Shown here piece by piece: positions 53,638 through 64,000 of a stretch of DNA of 64,000 nucleotides. The notes beneath the pieces were generated by a model. That model was not told where the DNA came from. It searched no databases and worked only from the letters and a program-made list of their open reading frames with translations. This DNA comes from Octopus sinensis. Taxonomy: Eukaryota. The stretch is from positions 62,001 through 126,000 of the forward strand of contig NW_021835956.1 of NCBI RefSeq assembly GCF_006345805.1, in the 5' to 3' direction. The first letter of the stretch is position 1. Each line of letters opens with the position of its first letter. The position numbers and the translations under genes were made by a program.

Positions 53638-54133
53638 CATATTACTCTACCACTGGTATTTGAGTACTCTTTTTTCCACCTTGTTTCACCTTTATGTGTT
53701 TACGCCGGTATATATATATATATATATATATATAAAGAGCTTACTTTCAAAACTGGTATAAGTGCATATTTGGTTGATTTCATGATAACCATTAAAACAC
53801 AATCTGCAAGCTGATGGCTTCATGCAACATAAAATTTTTTTTCAGTCAAACTGAGGCAGATGCCATAGAGACAGTAGGTGAATCTTAGTCTTCCAATCAA
53901 AATTAGATATATTCAAGTTGTTTTAAATAATTACTCAAACATCATTCCGATGCATATATCTGGTTTTGAAAGTTAGCTCTTCATGGCATTAGGAAGGGCA
54001 TCCAGCTGTAGAAACTCTGCCAGATCAAGATTGGATCCTGGTGCAGCCATCTGGTTCACCAGTCCTCAGTCAAATCGTCCAACCCATACTAGCATGGAAA
54101 GTGGACGTTAAACGATGATGATGATGATGACAT

Positions 54134-54168
<35 letters not shown>

Positions 54169-54635
54169 AGAAATTTTGAAAAGAATAAATGAACTGTGCC
54201 ATATCTTATTTAAGTAATAGCATATCTGATTTCATATTCTTCTGAATTTAACCCAACATCCAGCAAAACGGTTACTGATTTACTTTATCTGTTCCTCTAT
54301 AAAATTTATACACCATCCTTAACTCATTGAAACCATTATATACTAAAATTATAGTTTCTTAATAAACATACATAAATACATTCATACATACACACATACA
54401 TACATACATACATGCATGCATGCATACATACATACATACATACATACATACATACATGCATGCATACATACATACATACATACATACATACATGCATGCA
54501 TGCATGCATGCATGCATGCATGCATATACATACATACATACATACACATACATACATACATACATACATACATACATACATACATACAAACATATATACA
54601 TACGTATGTGCATACATACGTACATACATAACAAA

Positions 54636-54935
54636 TACTGTCCTGGAATAAATATAGAGTAGCCCCTTGTTATTGAATACATGCACAAACACCAGCACAA
54701 GGAATACTGGCAGAAAATTCCCATCAAAATATCTGTCAAGTATGAGCATAACAGGCTGGGTATTGTTGTCTGGGACAGACAAGAAATGATAAGTACAAAC
54801 AGAGAGATCAGCTGTCCTGATATTGTGAATATCTCTTTGAAAATCAAAGAGAAAGAAGAAAGCATGGACAACTGCTTAAAAACCTCCAGCTTCTATATTC
54901 AGATTGCAAATTTACATTTATACCAATAATAATTG
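54636..54935 (+). mobile_element. RLE-endonuclease fragment, inverted partner of 54985-55285
   Basis: EYWQKIPIKISVKYEHNRLGIVVWDRQEMISTNREISCPDIVNISLKIKEKE matches HNRPD..VWD......E.SCP.D.NI..K..EK. Confidence 0.75.
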
Positions 54936-54939
54936 ATAG

Positions 54940-56270
54940 ATATTGGTGGACTAAGCATTTACTTACGAAACCAAGTGCCCCAATTACTATTGGTATAGTA
55001 TAAATGTAAATTTCTTATCTGGATACAGATGCTGTAGGTTTCAAATCAGTTGTCCATAGTTATCTTCTTCTTCTTTGATTTTTGAAGAGATATTTACATC
55101 AGCAGGACAGCTGACCTCTGTGATGAAGCATACTTTTTCTTGTCTGCCCCAAGCAACATTATCTGGCCTGTTATGCTTATACTTGACAGATGATTTGATG
55201 AGAATTTTCCAGCAGGATTCTTTGCTCTGGTATTTGTATATTTATTCAATAACAGGGGGATTCTGTATATTTATTCTAGGACAAGTCTTTTTTCCAAATG
55301 GCTGGAACCACGGGCCATACGACCCCTGCCCAATTCAGGATCACAGCCTATAGATAAACTGCAACATAATTTCTTTTCTTCAACAGGCCCTGCCCTGTTT
55401 AACATTGTCCCGAAAAAGATCAAAGAAGAAAAGGATTCCATCAACTTTAAACAGAGTCTGGACAGATTTCTACAAGGAATACCAGATAAGCCACCCATAC
55501 CTGGATACAACTCACTCAACAAGAACTCACTACTTGAATGGACCATAAACAAAACTTGTCTTAAACAGGATTTAGATAATCCTATCAGGTGGTGCTATTA
55601 AGCAAGACATGGCCTGGACCAATCTTTGGTTGAAACATATGTAAGCTTATCTAAGTTTATACTGTTTTTGTGACAATGTCATGTCACATAGAGAGGCGGT
55701 ACCTTGTTGAAAATTTTGGTAAGCTGTTAATCATATGTGCGACGTCTTCCACAGAAATATGACATAGCCTACATTTACGGCCGCATCTTGGAACTCCAAG
55801 TACTTCACTGTCTCTTTTCTAGATAGGTATTTAGTAGCAATCACCTGTTCTTGGACTGCAAATGCATCATCTTTGAAGTGTGATGGGATGTAGTGGTCAT
55901 GAGTCCAAGAGAGGCTTTGCTTCAGTGTTACTATCTTCTTCGAATGTACAAGAAACATATCCATGGTATGCTGAGCATTTCACTTCCAAGTCTTCTTTAA
56001 GGTATGCTAATCCAGCTGATTTTGGGTTGTATGGGAGGTAATCAGGAAGACAGTAGTTCCTGAGGAGCACACTTCCAGCATGTAGGATATTGTTTGCTTT
56101 GCATTTCAACACCAAGTTAATGTATTTATTTTTGCTACTGTTGTTTAGCAAGTGCTGGCTGAGAGATTCTATGCAACATTCAAAGGCTGTCTGCACTGAT
56201 CTCATGCCTCTATCTCTTTTATCTCATCTGAAGTAGATCCTGTCAATATCACTATTTTTGAGAAAGATTT
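54940..56270 (-). mobile_element. RLE-type (R4/Dong-like) LINE 3' half, interrupted by an L2/CR1 fragment
   Basis: RGMRSVQTAFEC, AFAVQEQVIATKYL, KCRLCHISVEDVAHMI (CCHC zinc knuckle relic), then after the insertion KHNRPDNVAWGRQEKVCFITEVSCPADVNI and IPIVIGALGFVSKCL. Confidence 0.75.
55290..55640 (+). mobile_element. L2/CR1-group LINE 3' end inserted into the RLE element
   Basis: FFSSTGPALFNIVPKKIKEEKDSINFKQSLDRFLQGIPDKPPIPGYNSLNKNSLLEW; tail CATGGCC..GACCAATCTTTGGTTGAAAC. Confidence 0.7.
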
Positions 56271-56406
56271 CCAGTTGATGTAAGAATTTTGCAGGTTTTA
56301 AAGTCTATGTATGTATGTATGTATGTATGTATGTATGTATGTATGTATGTATGTATGTATGTATGTATGTGTGTGTGTGGTGTGTGTGGTGGTGTGTGGT
56401 GTGTGT

Positions 56407-56441
<35 letters not shown>

Positions 56442-57068
56442 TTATCTATCTTAAATGCAGTAAATATATTTACAAGAAAGAGAAAAAACTATTTCCAGTA
56501 GTCTGCAAACTGCATTTCTGATTTTCAATTGGATTTTCTTAGATTTTCTATTCAGTCAATTCCTAACAGAATAAATGGATGACTTTTGATGCAGGTATTT
56601 GCCACTTGTCTTATGAATAATACATTATACAATTTTGAAGTAAATCTCATGGAGAAAATTTTAATGAAGACACTAAATGCTATTGTTAGTCACGGTCGTT
56701 TCTATCAGATGGCATATTCACATGAAATATTAAAATGGGTTATTTATTAATTCTTCTGACAGAGGAATTGATCACAACACAGTAAAGTATCCAACTACTC
56801 ATCAGATTTAACCTTGGCTTCTCTTTTCTTACTTGCACTTTCTCAAGATTTTTTTTTATTATTTTCATTTATACACATGTTGCCATGTAGGTACTAGCAT
56901 GGTTGTGTGCTAAGAAGTTTGCTTCCCAACCACATAGCTCTAGGTTCAGTCCCACTGTGTGGCATTTTAGGCAAGAGTTTTCCACAATAACCACCAGCCG
57001 AGCAAATCCTTGTGAGTGGATATGGTAGACAGAAATTGAAGGAAGCCTGCCATTTGTGTGTGCATGTA

Positions 57069-57107
<39 letters not shown>

Positions 57108-57319
57108 ACAATAATATTAGGGAGTATAACTCCAAACTTTCAGGGAAAAATTCAATTTAGTATTAAATCAAATTTCACAGTATAAATATATAAAATATAT
57201 AAAAGAGTTTATATTTTGAGTTGCATAATAGTGGTTTTATCTCTAATTTATATTTTATATATATGTATATATATATATGTGTGTGTGTGTGTGTTTGTGT
57301 GTAAATATATACATATTTA

Positions 57320-57632
57320 TATATCACCGTGATCTCCATGACCGACCAGGCTATCAGATGTTGCTACACATCACTGGTCACAATGCTTCACATTGTTTTA
57401 GCCTTCAAATGACGCCACCCCACTGGTTAAGTGAGTAGGCCAACAGAAGAAAGAGTGAGAGAAAGTTGTGGCAAAAGAATACAGCTGGGATCGCCACCTA
57501 CCCCTGCCAGAGCCTCGTGGAGCTTTAGGTGTTTTCGCTCAATAAATACTCACAATGCCCAGTCTGGGAATTGAAACCGCAATCCTACAACTGCGAGTCT
57601 GCTGCTCTAACCACTGGCCATTGTGCCTCCAC
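57320..57632 (-). mobile_element. SINE family C variant
   Basis: Head and GAAAACACCTAAAGCTCCACGAGGCTC body shared with 33105-33491; the 3' part differs. Confidence 0.75.
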
Positions 57633-58828
57633 ATTTATATATAGTTAGGTTACATTCTGTTAAAAACATAGTAGAGTACAGTATCAAGCTTGCCCACCTT
57701 CAGAGTTTGCCCTGTGATAACCAACAGTAGTATAATTCCTACTGCTAGATTTGCATTGGGGCTTCTGTAGCGTGTGAATGGATAATTGAATAAGTTGTGA
57801 GATCTTGTTGTTGAGACACGATGCAGGGAAACAGTTACATAACCAAATACCTGCAAATCTGAAGAACTATGTTGCATAGAAACAATTGTAGTGATTACAA
57901 ATAAATGCTCCTCTGTATAAGCGTATATGTGAGTGTATTTGTGAAATAGTACAACTTAGCATGTGCAACCTAGCATGTGAAACAAAGTGGACAGCCAGTG
58001 CATCCAATGCCACCCATGTCAAGCATGCAGTGGCATGTTGACAGTGAGCAGATTGGAATTGCCAGCGTCTGCTAGATTCAAAAGAGCCAGTTGCATGTGT
58101 TAGCATCAAAGCCAAAGATTTACTAACAGGGACAGCGATTACATATCATGTGAGGAGATGCATCTGGATCCCATTATATAGGCAAACCATTGCTTAATTT
58201 AAATCCTGTGTATATGTATATCTATGTGGTATCGAAACATGTGTAGTGTTCGTTAAATGGCTGTCTGGACATACTCATTCTTGACTATATTTATTCAATT
58301 TTATGAGTGTTTGTGTGTATGTGTGTGTGTGTGTGTGTAATTGTTTTGGGGTTTGTCTCACAGCACCACTTGGCAACTAGTGTTGCTAAAAGAGACTGGT
58401 AGAATAAGTAACAGACTTTAAAAAGAAAAGGACTTGGGTTAATTTGTTCAATTAAACCCTTTAAGGTGATGCCCCAGAATGGCCAGAGTCTAATGACTGA
58501 CATAAAAAAAAAGATAAACGATATCTTAAGGCAGCGAGCTGGCAGAAACGTTAGCACACTGGGCGAAATGCATAGCCGTATTTCGTCTGTCGTTACGTTC
58601 CAAGTTAAAATTCCTCGAAGGTCAACTTTGCCTTTCATCCTTTCGGGGTCGATAAATTAAGTACCAGTTACGCACTTGGGTCGATGTAATCGACTTAATC
58701 CGTTTGTCTGTCCTTGTTTGTCCCCTCTGTGTTTAGCCTCTTGTGGGTAGTAAAGAAATAGATATCTTTTATCTTTTATTTGCTACAGTCATTTTTTTTA
58801 TTAATCTCTGATGTTTTACAACAATTAC

Positions 58829-59058
58829 TTAACCCTTTCGCTACTGTATTTCTGTTGAGATACTCTGTGTTTCTTTCAATTAATTTTAAATATAACAAAG
58901 AATTTAGTAAAATAACTCAGCTATCATTCAGCTAGTGTTAGGAACATAAATTATGACTAAGGTTTGGTGGAAGATTTTAATTCAAAACTTATGAAAACAA
59001 GACATTTGTACTACAGAGCCAGAGCCAGTTTCAGCCAGGCTGGTATCAAAAGGGTTGA
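58829..59058. mobile_element. piggyBac-like MITE
   Basis: TTAACCCTTTCG.TAC / GTATCAAAAGGGTTGA termini (TTAA-CCC signature). Confidence 0.7.
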
Positions 59059-59212
59059 AGAGTGTGTAATCATATATTTCTTTAAAAAAAATGAAAAATG
59101 TAACTTTGTTTTGCAACATGTTTGCTTTATCAATTTTTTCAATCTATGCTTGCATGGAAAATGAACATAAAATTATTATGAAGATGATGATGGTGATGAT
59201 GATACATACACA

Positions 59213-59244
<32 letters not shown>

Positions 59245-59287
59245 CACACAACACACATGCACACACATATAGAAAGAGAGAGAAATT

Positions 59288-59331
<44 letters not shown>

Positions 59332-59826
59332 CAGTGTGCATGTGTGTGTGTGAGAGAGAGAGAGAGGAAGATATAATTTTGAGTCAGTGGAAATCATGCA
59401 TAGTACTGTTTCATTCTTTTCAGAAATTATCTGAGATATATTAATTAAACATTTTATGAAGCAAGGTATTTCACATAGATAGAAAATAATACAACAGTCC
59501 GAAATAAATTCATGAATATGTGCTTTTCTTTCTTTATAGAGTTTAGCAATCAAGAGTTTAGCAATCAAGAGAAAACACAAAGAATATTGTTAGTGTCATC
59601 CATAAAAAAATAAGAACAAGTAAAAATACCCTTAATAATTAATATGGAATAGCATTTCTTATGTTACTAATCTTTTGGTTAGGTAATCAGATTGCTTTTA
59701 CCAGGAATTCATGTTCTACAGTCTCCCAAAGTGGACCACTGTTTGCAAATTTTCTTCCAAGAAGTTTACACCTAATAATAGTGCACCTGAGCTCTGTATA
59801 CAATAAGTTCATTTTTATTATCATCG

Positions 59827-59868
<42 letters not shown>

Positions 59869-61094
59869 ACTTCATGATCATCAACTTCATCATCATATTC
59901 CTAAATATTCTCATTTAGATGCACATCTGGACTCTGACCTTGCTAGAGCATCGTTTTATGGAGTTTTCTCTGACAATTTTTTGGTTGCTTTTGTATTATG
60001 GGTAACAGCATTGTTGAGTTAAAGATTACTTCATAATTCTTTTATTTTTTTTACTGGAAATGATTTTTTTTTTCAGGACAAGAAATAATTGCCTTCTGAA
60101 TAATGTTAGAACTTCCAAGACAGTAATTTTCTGTATAAATCCTATCAGTTCACCAACGACTATAAATGAAAATGTACATCTTACAATGTTTCTACCTATT
60201 CACAGTTACTGAAATCCATTCTGTATAGATTCTCTTACCATGTCTGTGAAAGGTAAAGTTCTAGATCATGACTACAAAACTAAAATCTTGATATAAAACA
60301 CCCAGGGAAGTTTCTAAAGTTTGTCTGAATCACAATCACTATACTTCCTATTTCTTTATGCCCACAAGGCGCTAAACATAGAGGGAACAAACAAAGAGAT
60401 TAAGTTGATTACATCAATCCCAGTGTGTAACCGGTACTTAATTTATCGACCCCAAAAGGATGAAAGGCAAACTCAACCTCGGCGGAATTTGAACTGAGAA
60501 CATAACAGCAGATGAAATACTTATTTCTTTACTACCCACAAGGGGCTAAACACAGAGGAGACAAACAAGGACAGACAAACGGATTAAGTCGATTATATCG
60601 ACCCCAGTAACTGGTACTTATTTAATCGATCCTGAAGGGATGAAAGGCAGAGTCGACCTCGGTGGAATTTGAACTCAGAACGTAGCGGCAGACAAAATAC
60701 CACTAAGTATTTTGCCCGGCGTGCTAATGTTTCTGCCAAAGTACAGTTTCTTTAAATATTGTTTTCTTTTAGTTAACAGAGCCTTCTTAGCACTCCATTT
60801 AGCAGTAAAGTTCAGCATCTTTCAACCTTCATGTTTATAGTTCTCCCTGATCCTTTTTACTGCTGTTGTGCCTTTTGTTTTAATGAGTCAAAGGATAATA
60901 GAATCAGATATAAGCAATCAACTACATTACAGTGAGATTCTTTTCTTTTCAATAACCATTGTCACAGCTTCTGTGGAACTAAATCTATGGAAAACCTGTA
61001 TGTCTATATGATACTCCAGCCTGGGCTTGTTAGAGTGGTTGTGAAAGCAATATGTTACTCTTGACATTATAAGAAAAATCTTGGAATATGGGTG

Positions 61095-61251
61095 CAGGTG
61101 TGGCTGTGTGGTAAAAAGCTTGCTTCCAAACCACATAATTTGGGGTTCAGTCTCACCACATGGCACTTTGGGCAAGTGTCTCTTACTATAGCTTCAAGCT
61201 GACCAAAGCCTTGTGAGCGCATTTGGTATACAAAAACTGAAAGAAGCCCAT

Positions 61252-61284
<33 letters not shown>

Positions 61285-61503
61285 ACGTGTGTGTTTGTGT
61301 TTATATCCCCATTGATTGACAACTGGTGTTGGTGTGCTTACATCCCTGTAACTTAACAGTTCAGCAAAAGAGACTGATCAAATAAGTTCCAGGCTTGGAA
61401 AAAAAGATAATTATCGGGTTTGATTCATTTGGCTAAAAATTCTTCAAGGCAGTGCTCCAGCATGGCCAAAGTCTAATGACTGAAACAAGTAAAAGATAAA
61501 AGA
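61095..61503 (+). mobile_element. SINE family B, full length
   Basis: Head GCAGGTGTGGCTGTGTGGTAA, tail CAGCATGGCCAAAGTCTAATGACTGAAACAAGTAAAAG. Confidence 0.8.
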
Positions 61504-62044
61504 TATATTGTATGAGAGCTATGTGTTTCTCATGCTTGATATGTTTAAAGATGTTGTCTTCCTGATTCACACTTTATTAATTCTGTTTTACTAGAAATAC
61601 TTCTCACACTCTTTTAAATTTCGTGTTTCCTAAGTTACTGTTCCTCAAACACTTCCTTCTTCACAACCTGCTTGTAGCTACTTTTTCCAGAATGTTCTCA
61701 GAGATGAAACCACTTTTCATGCCTCCTTGGTTTTCTGTGCACAATTTACCATCATTATTTTGTGTAAGATATACACTGTTTTCTTGAATAGAAATCTTGC
61801 ACCACTGCAGGCCCAAAACCCACAAAGTGACCAAATTGACTACAAATTCTAGGGTCTAAAATCACTGATGATTTCCTACCATGGAAAACTGCCTTTCAAC
61901 ATCAAATTATCTTTTTCTGAGCGAGATAATATTGTAATGCTAATCGTTTATTGACACACTACAAAGCTCAAGTGTAACTCATATTAGAATGCTGCTCCCA
62001 TAACCGGGACAGTGTTGTTGCTGTGATCACAAATAAATGAGACT

Positions 62045-62560
62045 GGATCATCATCATCATCATCTTCATCGTTTAACATCCGTTTTCCATGCTAGCATGG
62101 GTTGGACAGTTTGACCGGGGTCTGGGAAGCCAGGTGGCTGCACCAGGCTCCAGTCTGTTCTGGCAGTGGTTCTACAGCTAGATGCCCTACTTAATGTCAA
62201 CCACTCCGTGAGTGTAGTGGGTGCTTTTTATGTGCCACCGGCATAGGTATCACAACTACAATTTCCATTTGATTTTTTGATGCTGATGTACTTGACTCAA
62301 TAGGTCTCCTCTAGCACAGCAGGTCGCCCTACAATCTAAGGTAAGCACAGCAGGCCGTCCTGCAATCTAAGGTACTTTGGATGGGCTGGGGCTTCTCTGT
62401 GAAGCTGGTGCAGCAAACAGCCATGAACTCACGTTATTTGTCAGGTCTTCACAGTCATAGCATATCACCAGAGGTCTCGGTCTTTCGTCATTGCCTCTGT
62501 GAGGCCCAATGTTTGAAGGTCATGCTTGACCACGAAAAAAAAGTAGCCCATCCAGTGATA
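62045..62560 (-). mobile_element. RTE LINE 3' end (ORF end, 3' UTR and tail)
   Basis: Minus relic VVKHDLQTLGLTEAMTKDRDLW*YAMTVKT. The 3' UTR includes a segment homologous to subunit C of the 30640-32942 array. (GAT)n tail. Confidence 0.75.
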
Positions 62561-62841
62561 GATAAATATTCAGTCAGTAATATGCTACTGGACCACAGAT
62601 GTGTTGATTCTTCCTTCTACAATACAACAATAGGATTTGCTGCTCTTAACTTCTTAATAGATTACCATCTCTGCCCTAGCCTACCTGATGTACTTTTTCA
62701 CTATTTCTTTCATGCCACTTTTCTGCTACATGCTATCTCTCAGCTAGTAAACCCTTCACAGAATTGCACCTCTTGAATTCCTTAACCCTCAAGAATTCCC
62801 ATCAATCCTGTGTTATGTTAACAGATGTTAACTGAACAAAT

Positions 62842-63054
62842 TTAACCCTTCAGCATTCAGACTTCTCTTATTTATTCCTATTGTTTGGAATTAATCACGT
62901 GTTATCTTGTAGATTTGCGATTTTGATGATGTAATTTTTTCTTTTTAGAATGACATTGCAGGATAGGTATGAGAGGCTGGAGCAGGCCACTTTGAATATG
63001 AAGTGGGTAGAATATTTGGGCTGGACATGGCCATTTTAAATGCTAAAGAGTTAC
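62842..63054. mobile_element. piggyBac-like MITE (second family)
   Basis: TTAACCCTTCAGCATTCA / TTAAATGCTAAAGAGTTAC termini. Confidence 0.6.
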
Positions 63055-63199
63055 AGCTTAACATCAGCTACACCAATTCTACAAACCAAGGAAGGAATAC
63101 AATGCTTTTAGAACACTGTTGCACCTTAGCAGCTAATCATTTTTTTCTTTTTTAATAAATTCCTTTTTTGATATTTTTTTCTGCTTGATGCTAATTTTT

Positions 63200-64000
63200 T
63201 TGTTGACTTTCACTTTCTCACCTCCTTCTACCGTGGTTATTCTCCTGCTACTCTTCCTCTTCTCAGCTCCTCCTAATTACTCCTTATTATAACTTCTTAT
63301 TATCCCTCTCTCTCACTCCTTCACTGTAATCTCTTCTATCACATTGCATCATATTTTCTTTACACCTCTACTCCAACCTCCCTCATTCCTTTTCTTTCCC
63401 TCCTACCTCCTCTAACCACAACTACTACTACTACTACTGATCATCTCACAACACTGCTTCCTTATTATGCTTCATTGTTTTCTGTTGCAGTCACTGCTCC
63501 TACTAGTTTTCCTACTCACTGCCATTACACAGATAGTGTTAGTCCTCTCATTACAATTCTCCCTTTTAACTTATCTCACAAAGACTACCTCATCCAATCA
63601 CCACCACCACCACCATCACTACTGCCATCATCATCATCATCATCATCATCAAGATATAACAGTGATAACTACCACCACCATCACTATCTGAAAACTACCA
63701 CCACCACCACCACCACCACCATCATCACCACTGCCTACACCACACTCAACAATGCCACTATCAACTTAAACGCTGCCTTCACCATGGCCACCACTAGTGC
63801 TAACGTCACCAACACCATTGTCATCACTACCATCACTTTAAACAACAGTACGACCACCACTACCATCATCATTACCATCAGCAGCAGCATAAACACCAAA
63901 GCTGCCATGATTACAACCACACCACCAACAATGCCATCACTTCCACCACTACCACCATTACCACTGCCACCACCACTACTACTGCCGCCACTGTCACCAG
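63200..64000. repeat. Degenerate (CTC/ACT/CAC/CAT/ACC)n low-complexity tract
   Basis: Read directly; 3-nt periodicity with drifting unit. Confidence 0.85.

Noticed and set aside
55600-55640. GACCAA-TCT-TTGGTT-GAAA-CATATG-TA resembling half a hammerhead
   Set aside because: There is no CUGANGA; it is better explained as the L2-type 3' stem-loop tail.
57650-58115. Two short minus-strand ORFs in unique-looking sequence
   Set aside because: No recognisable motifs, and no splice or start context supporting a gene.
415-63920. Dozens of ORFs rich in YI, CV, HT, MYVC, poly-I/M/S/R, including the 237-aa (8454-9167) and 229-aa (34764-35453) ORFs
   Set aside because: They are translations of (TA)n, (CA)n, (TACA)n, (AAT)n and (TTC)n microsatellites, which lack stop codons in some frames.
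63690-64000. Thr-rich mucin-like open frame at the right edge
   Set aside because: It is fully explained by a decaying (ACC/ACT/ATC)n tract, with no start or splice context visible; the next window could overturn this.

Overview
AT-rich, microsatellite-saturated eukaryotic DNA. The repeat content (several tRNA-derived SINE families, RTE, L2/CR1, RLE-type and Penelope retroelements, mariner/maT transposons, piggyBac-like MITEs) best fits an Octopus genome; this is an inference from the repeat families. I recognise no host protein-coding gene, so the window looks intergenic or deep-intronic. Nearly all ORF-track entries are translations of (TA)n, (CA)n, (TACA)n or (AAT)n repeats or of transposon fossils. 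The only uninterrupted coding frame is a reverse transcriptase fragment of an RTE LINE running off the left edge. The most interesting signal is RNA-structural. At least three unrelated small elements carry type I hammerhead-ribozyme-like folds of the Penelope-associated minimal kind: one with a canonical CUGAAGA core inside 299-bp inverted arms, a four-copy family with a non-canonical CUGUNGA core, and one with a CCGACGA core in the loop of a 37-bp inverted repeat. Other notable structures are a 2.3-kb higher-order array built from an RTE 3' end, a tail-to-tail pair of RLE-endonuclease fragments, two near-perfect hairpins (81-bp and 28-bp arms), an identical 162-bp direct duplication, and a cluster of eight TGGTCA motifs. 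Boundaries of degenerate repeats are approximate (about 10-30 bp).
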